Below, in pieces: positions 1-12,143 of a stretch of DNA of 64,000 nucleotides. The position numbers were made by a program, and so were the translations under genes. This stretch comes from Mobula hypostoma (lineage: Eukaryota). The DNA lies in assembly GCF_963921235.1 (NCBI RefSeq), contig NC_086097.1, positions 50,222,001 to 50,286,000 on the forward strand, read 5' to 3'. Positions within the stretch are counted from its first letter, which is position 1. Each line of letters starts with the position of its first letter. The notes under the pieces are model-generated. The model had not been told where the DNA came from, ran no database searches, and was given only the letters and a program-made list of their open reading frames with translations.

Positions 1-351
1 TGATCCCCGAGTGCAGAGCTATCTGACAGCTACTCTCGCTGTCTTCGATGTTCTGACTCCTGCTATCTTCAGTTTGCAACACCAGCAAGAATTTGGGTCC
101 TCGGGGCTGAGCAAGGCTGCACCCCAAAGGTATCGATTTCAGACTCAACCTGGACATATCGAAACACGGCTGATCGGCAGCCTCCAAGAACAGGAACACA
201 CTACCGTGCAACTGCAGCCTGAGTGCCGCTATAGATCAAAGACACCGACAGGATCGCAGCCACCCTGTAAAGGAAAATAGAGACATTAGAATAGGAAAAA
301 TTTAACTGTTTCGCTGATGGGCTGAGAGAAGTCTCCTTCCAATGCCATCTT
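1..351 (-). mobile_element. 5' part of a CpG-rich non-coding, probably LINE-derived non-autonomous element
   Basis: Minus strand starts AAGATGGC at 351; CpG-rich non-coding body of similar character to 45150-45757; runs off the window edge. Confidence 0.35.
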
Positions 352-1313
352 TACCTCTGCCCACTCACCCTAAACTCATTACTTCCCAAAATGTTGTTTA
401 CATTTTTGTAGCATCAATTATTTGCGGCAAAATACAAATTTCAGCCGCAAATACATGATTTGATGTCTATAAATTAGACATATTAGAGCATATCTTTCAT
501 GGATAACTGGTACAAAATAGACGTTTTGTACTGAGTAAATTGTACAAGCGATCGCTTTCGGGTTAATTGGACAACCATGCCGAAACTGATCCAGGCACTT
601 TTATACACAATGCTCAGTGCAGCTGACATTTTCTCAGAGTGTTGCACAGCTTTGACAGTCCAACTTTCTCTACAGCAATCGAATATTATGACCTTCATTT
701 ATAACTCAAAATATATGGACCAAGACAGATCAGCAAGGAGATATGGCATTAAAGATAGCTGCTATTCCATCTCTGCATCTGTTGTCCTCAGTTCTTATTT
801 AGCAACATATTGCTAAAAGCATTGTTGGGTATCTCATGTCTCATGACATGGAGCATCACTAACATAAATCACTGTACAGAGAATGATGAACAGAGAACCA
901 GTCACACTAAAAACGTGTATCCCATCTCCCCTGCCTTGCCTTTAGCTACTCGGTGACTACCAGGCAGATTGGTTCTTCTAAGAGTAACGTCCTTCCTATG
1001 TTTCAGAGTAACAAAGGACATGATAGCTGCAATCACTGCAGGCAGCTGCTTTCAGGGACTACACGGGTAATGCTATTATATATGAATGATGATATTTGCA
1101 ACTTTCCTGATTTATTTTAAATGGATAATGTGCTCCACATTACATGGAGCACCCAGTCTGTGCAAGGATGAACTCAAATTTCTAAGCGTAAGAATCTGCA
1201 CTCTTTTATAATGCACACAATAGTTTATTGGCAATCGAAAGTTCATTTATTATCAAAGCGTGCATCGATATACAACTGAAATTCGTCTTCTCCAGATCGC
1301 CATCAACATCAAT

Positions 1314-1385
1314 CCCCCCCACCCCCCCCCCCACACACACACACACCCCACACACACACACACACACCACACACACACACACACC

Positions 1386-1424
<39 letters not shown>

Positions 1425-1442
1425 CCCACACACACACACACA

Positions 1443-1475
<33 letters not shown>
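1314..1475. repeat. Interrupted (CA)n microsatellite with C-runs
   Basis: Directly visible; explains the THTH/VCVC ORFs. Confidence 0.98.
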
Positions 1476-1477
<2 letters not shown>

Positions 1478-2276
1478 GAATGGCAACACAACAGCATGCA
1501 GTGTTATGACATTATGGCCATTTAGGCATGAGTACGAAAAACTAAGGTGGTGGCCCGAATTCCCTTCTGCAATTTTATACCATCTCATTAACAAGCAGAA
1601 GTCTAATCATTGTTCTTTGCACAGTTGCACCACTGAGTTTACCAGATTCTTGCATTCACTATCAATTGCCCAGATAACTGGATTCTCAGTTCTGCCTCTT
1701 TGTAGCAGATATCATATTAAACTCAACAGCCGACAGTTTTTGTTTTAAATTGTGAGCAGGCATGCCACAAACCAAAGAGAAAAAGAATTCAGCCGTTGCA
1801 TCTTATGCCAACAAATTATTACTCAAATTTTTAGAATTCTAATCTTGTTAATGCTTCTGTATATCATAAACAGTGAGGTGATTTTTATTTGTTAGGCGTA
1901 CTGTATCTGGTACACCAATCGAAGTGCATTGATTGCGAAACAGCAATTAGCTTTCTGTATTGTTTATGAAGGAATAAAAAGACTTCATTAGCAGCAAGTT
2001 ATAGGCAGTTTATCCTGTTCCTGCACTATAATAGAACAAGTGCTCCTTTTAAATGTACTGTACTCGATAAGCACAGGTTACAAAACCTGGTCTTTTGAAT
2101 TTCTTCAGGTAAACAAAAATATTGTTATAAAAATACAATTTAAAGGTTGTAGGTTATTCATTATCCATGCCTGACACCACATTAAATATACAGTATAGGG
2201 CCACAAGTACAGAGAGTTCTCTGGATTTATTGCATAGTTTATTAAAATTAGCAGAGCAATTTGAGGAAGCATCATG

Positions 2277-3750
2277 ATCAAAGTTCAAAAGTAAATTTAT
2301 TACCAAAGTACTTATATGTCACCATACATACCTGGACATTCATTTTCTTGTAGGCATTCACAATAAATACAAAGAAACACAATGGAATCAATGAAAAGCC
2401 ACACACAAGAGGGACAAACAAATGGTGTGCATAAGACAATAAAATCTGCAAATACGAAAAGAAAATAAAAAACAAAATAATAATAATAAATAAATAATCA
2501 GTAAATAGCAAGAACATAAGAAGAAGAGTCCTTGAAAGTGAGTGGATAGGTTGTGGGAACAGTTCAGTGTTAGGGTGAGTGAAGTTATCCCCTCCGGTTC
2601 AAGAGCCTGATGACTGAGGGGTAACAACTGTTCCTGAACATGATGTTGTGAGTCATGAGGCTCCTGTAGCCCCTCTCTGATGGCAGCAACAAGGGGCGAG
2701 TACGGCCTGTTTTGTGGCGGTCCTTTATGATGGATGCTGCTTTCCTGCCACAGCAGTCCGTGTAGATGTGCTCACTGGGGGGGAGGGCTTCAACTACTTT
2801 TTGTAGGCATTTCCTTACAAGAGCATTGGTGTTTCCATACCAGGCTGTGATGCAGCCAATCAATATACTTTACACTGCACATTGATAGAAGTTTGTCAAA
2901 GTTTTAGATGACATGCAGAATCTTTGCAAACTTCTGAAAAGTAGAAGCACTTCTCTGCTTTGTTTGTAATGGCACTTACACTGGGCCCAGGACAGATCCT
3001 CCGAAATGAGGAATTTGACCCTCTTCACCTCTGATCCCCCAGTGAGGACTGGCTCATGGACCTCTAGTTTTGTTCTCCAGAAGTCAATAATCAGCTCCTT
3101 GGTCTTGCTAACACTGAGTGAGAGGTTGTTGTGGCACCACTCAGACAGATTCTCAGTCTCCCTCCTATATCCAGGTTCGATTGGGCCAATGACAGTGGTG
3201 TTTTCTACAAACTTTAAAATGGCATTGGAGCTGCACCTAGCCTCACATAAGTATGAAGTGAGTAGAGCAGGGGGCTAAGCACACAGCCTTGTGTTTTACC
3301 TGTGCCGATAAGACACAGGGCTGGAGAAGAGGGAGTCTGATAAGAGAGAACAGAAGGCCGTTAAGAAAGAAAAGGGGGGAGGCGAGGAGACACGGTGAGA
3401 GAGGGAAAAGGAGATGGGGAAGGGGGTAGCATTACTGGAAGTTTGGGAAATCGATGTTCATGACATCAGGTCAGAGGCTACTCAAATGGAATACAAGGTG
3501 TTGTTCCTCCAACCTAAGTGTGGCATCATCACGACAATGGAGGCCATGGATTGACTTCACTATGGATGCAAGTACTACAGGATGATAGTTATTGAGGCAG
3601 GTCAGCACGTTCTTTCTAGGCACCAGCACAATTGAAGCCTATGCATACCTCAGACTGCCAAAGCAAGAGGTTGAAGATCTCAGTGAACACTCCACCCAGC
3701 TGATCAGCACAGGTTTTCAGAACTTGGCCATGTACCCAATATGGATCAGA
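2277..3750 (-). mobile_element. Rex1/Babar-like LINE, decayed 3' portion (RT C-terminus + 3' UTR), interrupted by a Penelope fragment
   Basis: ORF 2585-2863 GCITAWYGN...LLPS.RGYRSL...FRNSCYPSVIRLLN; AATAAA and TTTGAAC-type tail at 2277-2301; RT-like sequence resumes ~3560. Confidence 0.8.
3312..3556 (-). mobile_element. Penelope-like element fragment nested in the LINE
   Basis: Similar to 51170-51970 and the reverse complement of 61060-61330. Confidence 0.7.
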
Positions 3751-4679
3751 TACAACAATCGGAGTCATAGTCCTTGTTACAGGAAAGCATTGTCATTGCT
3801 GTGGTTAATTGCATGTTTGGACCAGGTCATGATTTACTGATGTTGCCTTATGTATAAGAGGACACAAATGTAATAACTTCTTGTGTTAGATCATTGTTCC
3901 TGTATAGGCTGCATTTTTAAAGCACCCTTTGCAAGGATTAAGCCAATTACTTAAGAATTTCTCTGAACTGTCTCTGGGGATAAAAGAGCAGTACTCATCG
4001 AGCAATTCTGGATCTATCATTAGAAGCATTGAGCTCCAGTTTTCTTTTAAACAGAATGTTTCTTTTCCCCGACTTCAGCATTCCAGCAACAGCAGTTATT
4101 AACCAAAAGAATAAGGCTGAACTGATGATTGTTCGCAATGGGGTTTGATTCTCAAGCATGATGATTTCATCTAACCTTGTTAAATATATGACAAATAAAA
4201 TGTGTAATGTGCTGTATTACTCATCCTGAGACAGGAACATTGTTGGCTGCTCTGTGTAATATTCTGTAATCCTCCAAGACAATGCCGGTCAGCTGGATGA
4301 TCACACACCTGCAAGAGCAAAACCATACAGATTTGCATAAATAAAATGAAAAATCCTACTTTGTTAGAGATAGAGAACAGCTGCAAATTGTCTTTACAAA
4401 AGTGCACGAGCCTGACATCAGCAAAATAAAAGTAAATATTCCTTCAACTCTGATCTACTGTAATAGATAATCTGGCTTCAATCAAACTCTAAATCAGGGC
4501 ACTCAAAGCAGTGAAATAGACGTCTCTACCCAGGTTTGTAAATTTATTAGTAGATCTGGACTAGAGAGAGCAGCATATGCAGCTCAAAGAGAAACCACAT
4601 CATAATAATTAGAAGGTTCTGCATAACTACATTTTGGCAATGATTGTGAATTACATGGACAATTTCACTACCGAACCTG

Positions 4680-5121
4680 AACATGCCTTATGAGAATAGG
4701 TTGAGTGAACTTGGCCTTTTCTCCTTGGAGCGATGGAGCATGAGAGGTGACCTGATAAAGGTGTATAAGATGATAAGAAACATTGATCATGTGGATAGCC
4801 AGAGGCTTTTTCCCGGGGTTGAAATGGCTACCACGAGGGGGCATAGTTTTAAGGTACTTGGAAATGGGTACAAGGGGGATGTCAGAGGCAAATTTTTCCA
4901 CCCAGAGAGTGGTGGATGCGTGGAATGCACTGCCAGCGAAGGTGGTAGAGGCAGATACAATAGGGTCTTTTAAGGGACTCTTAGATAGGTACATGGAGCT
5001 TAGAGAAATAGAGGGCTATGCGGTAGGAAAATTCTAGGCAGCTTCTAGAGTAGGTTACATGGTCAGCACAACATTATGGGCTGAAGGGCCTGTAATGTGC
5101 TGTAGATTTCTATGTTCTATG
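4680..5121 (+). mobile_element. CR1 LINE 3' fragment
   Basis: RGDLIKVYK...TRGHSFK...TQRVVDAWNALP; TTCTATG tail; highly similar to the reverse complement of 26505-26940. Confidence 0.92.
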
Positions 5122-6319
5122 AATTTTGGACATTCTACGCTATAGTTTCAAGAGCAGATCATAAGCTGTATAAACTGCAGTAACACTTGAAGCCTTCTAC
5201 CATAAACAAAGCTCAGAACTTCGACCACCTGGCAGGAACAGTAGAACCACCTGTAGTTCTCCCTCAATGTCACATACCGACCTAACTTGGACATATTTTG
5301 CAGTCTTTTTGTTGTCATTGGATTTAAATCCGGAAACCCCAATCCAATAGCATGCTGGGAGTACCACCAACAGAAGATTTCAACAATCAAGAAGGTGGTG
5401 CATCACTATTCTCTCAAGGGTGAGTAAAAGTTGGCACAAATGCTGCCACATCCAGAAAAATTAACAGAAGAAATTCAAGGCTGCAAGAGGTTGAGGCACA
5501 GACCAGCCATGATTTTATTAAATGGCAGATCACGTTCAGGGGGTTGCATTGCCAACTCCTACGTCTATTCATCATGCTATTTTGTTCTTGTATCCTTGAC
5601 TTGCACTTTTCATGAGGTATCATGTAATCAATTAACTAATCAGAACAGTTTTGCTTTCCTCTGTCACCTTTCTTAGGTAATGAGGTAGATTTTCCCAATC
5701 GAGTTGGCTGAGCTTTGGATCATTATGATTAAACAATTATAATGCTCTCACCTACTTAATGTAATTCTCAGGGATAGAAACCAGGATCTTTGGGGCTTCT
5801 CACTCTTAGTGAGATTGTTTACTTCTGGGAAATCCACATCTTTGATTGAACATTCATTCAATAGGTTCTCCACCATAATATCTTTTTGACATAGTCATGC
5901 AAAAGGTCCACCATTTCCATATACCTTGAAATATAAGAACTAGAACCAGAGGATATCCCTATGAAATTAGAAGGTTCAAAACAAGAGTTCAAGAAACCCA
6001 GAACTCTTGAATAACTTCAAACACAAAGTATTGCAACAGAAGTCAGTGACTCATTTGTAAGTTATTCAGATTATCAGAAATACTGGGAGAATTGCCAAAA
6101 AATACTGAATAGACATTATTTTGTAGCCTTTCTGAGGCACACACCCAAGTCAGTCTTGAGTTACCATAAGAAGACACAAATCATGCTCATTTTTCATTCT
6201 AATGTGTCTGTGAAAAATATATCAGTCTCAAACTCTCCTCAATGCTAACATGCTTTTCTGAGTGAAAAGATTATGAATTTCAGACTAACTACAAATTTGC
6301 AAGAAAAACTTAATTTGCT

Positions 6320-6610
6320 ACTTAATGCTGTGGTGCTGAGTGTGTGATTGCTCAGATGGGATATTGATCACTCCAAAATGTTGTGATTGCATGAAACCCC
6401 ACTCTGAAGCAAAGCTGGATATTTTTCTGATTCCTTGGGAAATGTTCATGGTCAATTACTCCTCCTATCTGTAATTGATTATCACCGCTTTTGGAGTTCG
6501 TATGCCTTTCTAGTGCTATTAAGCCCACATAATAGTAATATCTCTTAAAAACTAATTTAATTATGATATGCTTTGAGATATCTATGGACCCGATTGGACT
6601 CTAAATAACT
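6320..6610 (+). mobile_element. Possible very old DeuSINE-like remnant
   Basis: Weak resemblance by eye to the Deu-domain SINE body and an L2-type tail. Confidence 0.25.
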
Positions 6611-6801
6611 TTGTTCATACTGTGCCTAATGATAATCAGTATAGATGAGGATGGGTGAGTTGCAGGACATTGTGCAAGTGGAAAATGAATATTAGCACAT
6701 TTCACAATTAAGTATTTTTATATTTAAATGCTATTCGGACAAACCAGGATGCAGCATACTGCATACAGCAAGGTAGTGCAACCCTACACCAGAAAGGTAC
6801 A

Positions 6802-6920
6802 ACACACATCAAAGTTGCTGGTGAACGCAGCAGGCCAGGCAGCATCTGTAGGAAGAGGTGCAGTCGACGTTTCAGGCCGAGACCCTTCGTCAGGACTAAC
6901 TGAAGGAAGAGTGAGTAAGG
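6802..6920 (-). mobile_element. Minimal Penelope-type terminal-repeat insertion (~120 bp)
   Basis: Same terminal unit as other PLE copies here; flanked by GAAAGGTACA (6792-6801) and GAAGGGTACA (6921-6930), a 9/10 TSD. Confidence 0.8.
6861..6898 (-). ncRNA. Minimal type I hammerhead ribozyme motif, core intact
   Basis: UAGUC-CUGACGA-AGGGUCUCGGCCU-GAAAC-GUC^GACUG: stem I UAGUC/GACUG, both core boxes, GUC triplet, stem III reduced to the palindrome ACGU. Confidence 0.8.
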
Positions 6921-8002
6921 GAAGGGTACACCATGTGAAGAAAGAATGATGGATATAATAATAATAATAATAATAAGTACCAAATAATAATATGTCCCAA
7001 AGCAAGAGTATGAAAGTACTGTTCCCACAAACTGAAATGCTACAAAGAGTCTCTCTTTGCAGAACTCCACAGTGACATATTACATGTAGATGAAAGAGAT
7101 ATCAGTCAGTCACCAGAAGCATGTGTGGTTACCGTTGGCACTGTTGATAAGATAACTAAAACAACTGGGCCAGGAACACATGCACTCTTATGACTCAAGC
7201 TTTCTTTTTATTCTACTTCTGCTCTGGGAGTACCGTATGACCTCTGTCACCCACACTGTTCTGAAGCCAGGACAGAAAAATGCTATTTTTTTAATGCAGA
7301 ATTGGCTTATCAATTACAGATATTGACTATTTCTTAAGGTGTATATGTTTGAATTCCTTACTTTCAAGATCAATTGCCATTCACAATAGTGGTGTTATAA
7401 GTCAATCAAAACTCCAACCTGACAACCGATGATATTTTGAAGTTAGTAAAGCAATTGTCCCTTAGTTGTTGGGTGTGTTTCACATCCTTTTGTTATTCCT
7501 ATCTTATCTGTCTCTGGCACCTCCTATTGTATAAAGGGATATTATGTTTTAGGATGATCGTTCGAGAAAAGCCTCACTACAGAGGCTTCATTCATCTGAT
7601 TTGCTTACATACTGCTGCCGTCACCCCATCCTATCTTGTCTGCAGGAAGCAGAGGTGTCTCCAGTGGTCTCACTCTGAATACAAATGCCCCAAGATATCC
7701 TTGCCTGGATGTTGCCTTTAGCCCTTGTCTTACCCCAACTTCCAAATTACCAACTCTGATGGGAAGTATTCTAGAATATGGGAAAGCAGGAATAAAACTT
7801 GTATGAATAGCAAATACATATTGCTCTTGATCACATTTGTTGTGCAAACAGCTGCAGCAAAATTATCTGAACAGTCCACTTTGCACCTTCCCTGCATTAT
7901 CCTGGACTTAATATTGCATGTCTCACTCTCAGTTAATTTCTCTCCAAGATGGAGATAACTAACAGATGGGCCCCTCTGCACCACACTGCCCTCTGTCAGT
8001 AT

Positions 8003-9060
8003 CAATGGCAAGACTTTGGAAAATGTGGAGACTACTTCCCTTAATACCAGGAGCTGCCTCTCAAAGACAGATCAATGAACCAATTATTACCCCTCAACCA
8101 TATGGCTCTTGAACCAGTGGCGATAACTTCACTCGCCCCATCACTGAACTGCTCCCACAATCTATGGATTCATTTTCAAGGACACATTTCATGTTCTCAA
8201 TATTTATTACTTATTTATTATTATTCCCCTTTTTCCTCTTGTGTTTGCATATTGGTTGTTTGTCCACCCTGTTGGGTCCGATCTTTTATTGATGCTATTA
8301 TATTTTTTAGATTTGTTGTGTATGTCTGCAAGAAAATAAATCTCAGAGTTGTATGTGGTGACACATGTACTTTGATAATAAATTTACTTTGAAAATTCAG
8401 CATTGCCTCCAATGAAATAGCACAAACCTTTTCATTTGAACAGAAGAGAATTTGAACATCAAGACCTCGGGCTTTACAATAAAATTTATTGCCTACAGTG
8501 ATTGCTGCCCTCTTCTGCTTATGAGACCTGGACTATCTGCAAGAGGCTTTTCAAGGCTCTGGAAAAATGTGTCCTACAGAGACTTCACAAATTCCTCCAA
8601 ATTCATTGGCTAAGCAAATCATGATCAATGTCCTCTCGCAGGCCAACATCCCCAGTATTGAGCCATAAGATACACTTCTTAAGTTACGTTGAACAGGCCA
8701 CATCATATGCATACCCGACACCACACCCCTTAAATGGGCACACCAAGCTCTAAGGTGGACAAAGGAAAAGATTCACGGATATGCTGAAAGCCACCCTGAA
8801 GGAAAGCAATATCCCCACTGACTGCTACGAATCTTTTATCCTTGATTATTCAAAGTCAAGAAGGAACATCCTGGATGGAATTGGGAACCTCAAGCCCATG
8901 CCAAGGTCCTCCTTGGTCAATGGAAGGCGTGCACTACTTCACAAGCTACTGCCCAATCAAGCATTTCTACCCCATCTATGGAAGCATATGTGGACCCCAC
9001 ATTGGTCACAGGCACCTCAGGACCCATCAGATCACAGTAGAAGCAAACTCTCACCCACTT
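8003..9060 (+). mobile_element. Old RTE-clade LINE fragment with a nested Rex1-like 3' end (~8075-8395)
   Basis: Degenerate RTE-type C-terminal motifs (YETWT; KRFTDMLKATLKE.NI); nested piece is similar to the reverse complement of 2277-2630. Confidence 0.6.
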
Positions 9061-9337
9061 ATTTTCCTTCTTCAGTAGCAGAAGAGATTCTGTTAGATTG
9101 GTAGCATCTGACAAATTATCCAGAAGTATATATTTGAGGTGATAATTTTAGGTGGTATCGAACAGGAATGCTATGCTGCCCAATTTCCATTCAGTAACCA
9201 CTCCTAAGTAGTCCAAGAGGGGAGACTTTCACATGAAAGCTCACACATAAGCATCAACAGGTTATTTAGGTGAGGGACTTGAAAAGTTAATCCTGTCTCA
9301 GCCAACATCCGTAAAGCAACATTACATATATCGATCA

Positions 9338-9851
9338 CTTTATACGTTATACTTTATACTTTATACTTTATTGTTGCCAAACAATTGATACTAGAACGTA
9401 CAATCATCACAGCGATATTTGATTCTGCACTTCCCACTCCCTGGATTACAAATATTAAATATTAAAAATAGTAAAAATTAGTAAATATTAAAAATTTAAA
9501 TTATGAATCATAAATAGAATGTAGAAAAATGGAAAGTAAGGTAGTGCAAATAACCGAGAGGCAAGTCCGGATATTTGGAGGATACGGCCCAAATCTGGGT
9601 CAGGATCCATTCAGCAGTCTTATCACAGTTGGAAAGAAGCTGTTCCCAAATCTGGCCATAGGAGTCTTCAAGCTCCTGAGCCTTCTTCCGGAGGGAAGAG
9701 GGACGAAAAGTGTGTTGGCTGGGTGGATCGTGTCCTTGATTATCCTGGCAGCACTGCTCCGACAGCGTGCGGTGTAAAGTAAGTCCAAGGACGGAAGATT
9801 GGTTTGTGTGATGTGCTGTGCCGTGTTCACGATCTTCTGCAGCTTCTTTCA
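9338..9851 (-). mobile_element. Rex1/Babar-like LINE 3' fragment
   Basis: IIKDTIHPANTLFVPLPSGRRLRSLKTPMARFGNSFFPTVIRLLN; (TAAAGTA)n tail. Confidence 0.85.
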
Positions 9852-10734
9852 CTTTTAGAGATCAAAAGTGGGAGCTCTGTCAGTAAACATCATAACCTGA
9901 TTATGTTACAAAGATTTTCATTTTACCAACTACCATTCTTATTAAATAGGCATTTTTTAAAAATACCTGATGTATTTGTTCCACATTTCCACTGTACACT
10001 TGATTCCAATGTTAATATTGAACACAGCTACCTAGCATGTTAATATTTTAAATCAAGTAGTTGTTATGGTAACCTTTACTATTTGTCATCAGTGGTAAGA
10101 ACACACCTGTCACCTGGAGGGATATCCAGGCTTTCTGGTTTTCTGTAATTGAAATTAAATTTTGCATCAGTCCCAGACTAGATTGTTTATCAATTACCAT
10201 GCAAAACATTACAACCCCAGCACTTCGGTCAGCATTGCTGTGCAAAATGCACACACTTGTTCTGTGAATCAAATCACCAGAGAAAATTACTGGTAGATAC
10301 AAATCAACTTCTTTGTACAAGGTACAGGAGGCATCATATGGAGACTTTTCCAGTCGAAAGGTGTCACTGGCCCAACATGGGGATGGGGCTCAATATTTTA
10401 TGTGCTAAACAAATGACAATTCCATACTTAGAATATATGGACAATGCTTTCTTTGAAACTACACACAAACTAGACACTTCTTGACTTGCACCCACACCAC
10501 AGACATCCAACTAATTTTTAATCAGCATTGTCTGCTCTGAGATTCACTGCTTTTAGGAACTCATTGTTCAGAGCTGCACTCCAAATTAAATCCACAATCC
10601 ATATTCAGATGCAAAGACTGTAGCCAAAGTCATTTGCTAAATGTATTATGTCCTGAACCCAAAAATTGTTCTAACAGTAACTATTTGATAAATATGCACT
10701 AAGATGCATCTCATAATGAATTGAGATGTACAAA

Positions 10735-11015
10735 ATACAGAGCTATAGAGTACTACAGCATTGAAAAAGGCACTTTGCCCATCTAGTCCATGTCAGCCTA
10801 GTTTTCTGCCTAGTTCCAACTATCTGTACCTGGACCAAAGCCCTCTATACCCCTCTCATCCATGTACCTATCCAAGTTTTTCTTAAACGTTACAATTAAA
10901 TGTGTTTCTACTACATCCACTGGCAGTTCATTCCTCACTTGCATCACCCTCTGAATGTGGACGTTCCCCTTCAGATTCCACTTATATATTTCACCCTAAA
11001 CCTATGACCTATGGT
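10735..11015 (-). mobile_element. CR1 3' end remnant
   Basis: Degenerate CR1 3' UTR and tail, similar to other copies in the window. Confidence 0.65.
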
Positions 11016-11215
11016 ATCAAAGCCTGTTTGAAGCCAGAGGAAATAAAGAAAACATGGTCTTGTTGCCCCCATTTGAGGCAGTAGGCATCAACATAGATCT
11101 GTTCTACTCGGCTTCCCTCCCCACCCCCTCAATCAACTGGGAACAGTAAATCTGGATGACACCTGGGCAAACTTGCCATCCCAACACGAACTGTTGGGAG
11201 GACAGGTTTGCTCAT

Positions 11216-12044
11216 TGTGACAAGAATACACATAAATTAAGATGTTAGCTGGCCTGGGCTGGCACCAGTGGGATCAGCAGTTGGCCTGCCACCTGTCTTC
11301 AGGAGAGAGAGAGATAAGGAAAACAATGGAGCAGCATTTGGAGATGTGTAATGAAGGGGAAGGAGAGCTGACAAGATCAGCTCCCCCTTTGAACCCTGAA
11401 CTGTTTGAAGTGTTGGACAGGCGATACCCCAGCAGGGGGATAAAAAGGGACAGGTTCACTAAGGCAGGACACACACACGGCACCTGAGGTAACGAGACCC
11501 TGGAAGCGGTGCGTCTCTCACAAGTCGGTGGGAAGTTTTGAAAGGCACGATCGGCCTGGTGTGTGTCCACCCTGGCCTGGGTGCCAGGTTCACCGCAGAG
11601 AAACGATCGTATCTGGAAACGGAGGGGTCACGGTCGGTGACCTCAGATGACATCACAAAGGACTCGCCCGAAAGCTGACTGCGAAGGTCTGTGTGGAAGC
11701 CTTGAATATTCATTCGTTTTGCTGTCTCTCTCCTTCCCCCACCCTGTCCATCTCCCACGGCAGCGATTACTGTGAACTGAACTGAACTAAATTGAACTGA
11801 ACTTTGCGTCACTTTGAAACTGGTCATTTACCCCTAGACAACGATAGAGCTTGATTGATCCTGTTATCTGAATTCTGTGTACATGTATGTTTATCATTGC
11901 TGAACTGTTGCATTTATTATCCTTTTGATTAGAGTACTGTGTTGCTTGTTTCTTTAATATAACTTTCTTAGTTCTAGTAATTCAGACTCCAACTGAGTGA
12001 TCCATTTCTGCTGGTTTGGCAACCCAGTTACGGGGTAAGTAACA
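11216..12044 (+). repeat. 5' LTR (~829 bp)
   Basis: Termini TGTGAC...GTAACA; TATA-like GATAAAAA at 11439; (TGAAC)n at ~11773-11802; immediately followed by PBS. The left boundary cannot be confirmed without a second LTR. Confidence 0.75.
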
Positions 12045-12048
12045 TAAG

Positions 12049-12073
12049 TGGGGTTCTCATCCGCGATTTTGAA
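12049..12073 (+). promoter_or_regulatory. Primer-binding site, tRNA-Pro type (degenerate)
   Basis: TGGGGTTCTCATCCGCGATTTTGAA versus the tRNA-Pro complement TGGGGGCTCGTCCGGGATTTGAA, 4 nt after the LTR end. Confidence 0.75.
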
Positions 12074-12143
12074 TGCTAAATTTGGGACGGAGTAAATTGA
12101 TTGGGTCAAAATTCCGGAAAGAAAGAAAAGACAAACAGCAGAA

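Noticed and set aside
1..290. 89 aa plus-strand ORF and a strong-looking minus-strand splice acceptor at ~265
   Set aside because: No recognisable protein; lies inside what looks like a repeat 5' region, so not called as an exon
1206..1748. His/Thr- and Cys/Val-rich ORFs
   Set aside because: Translations of the (CA)n microsatellite
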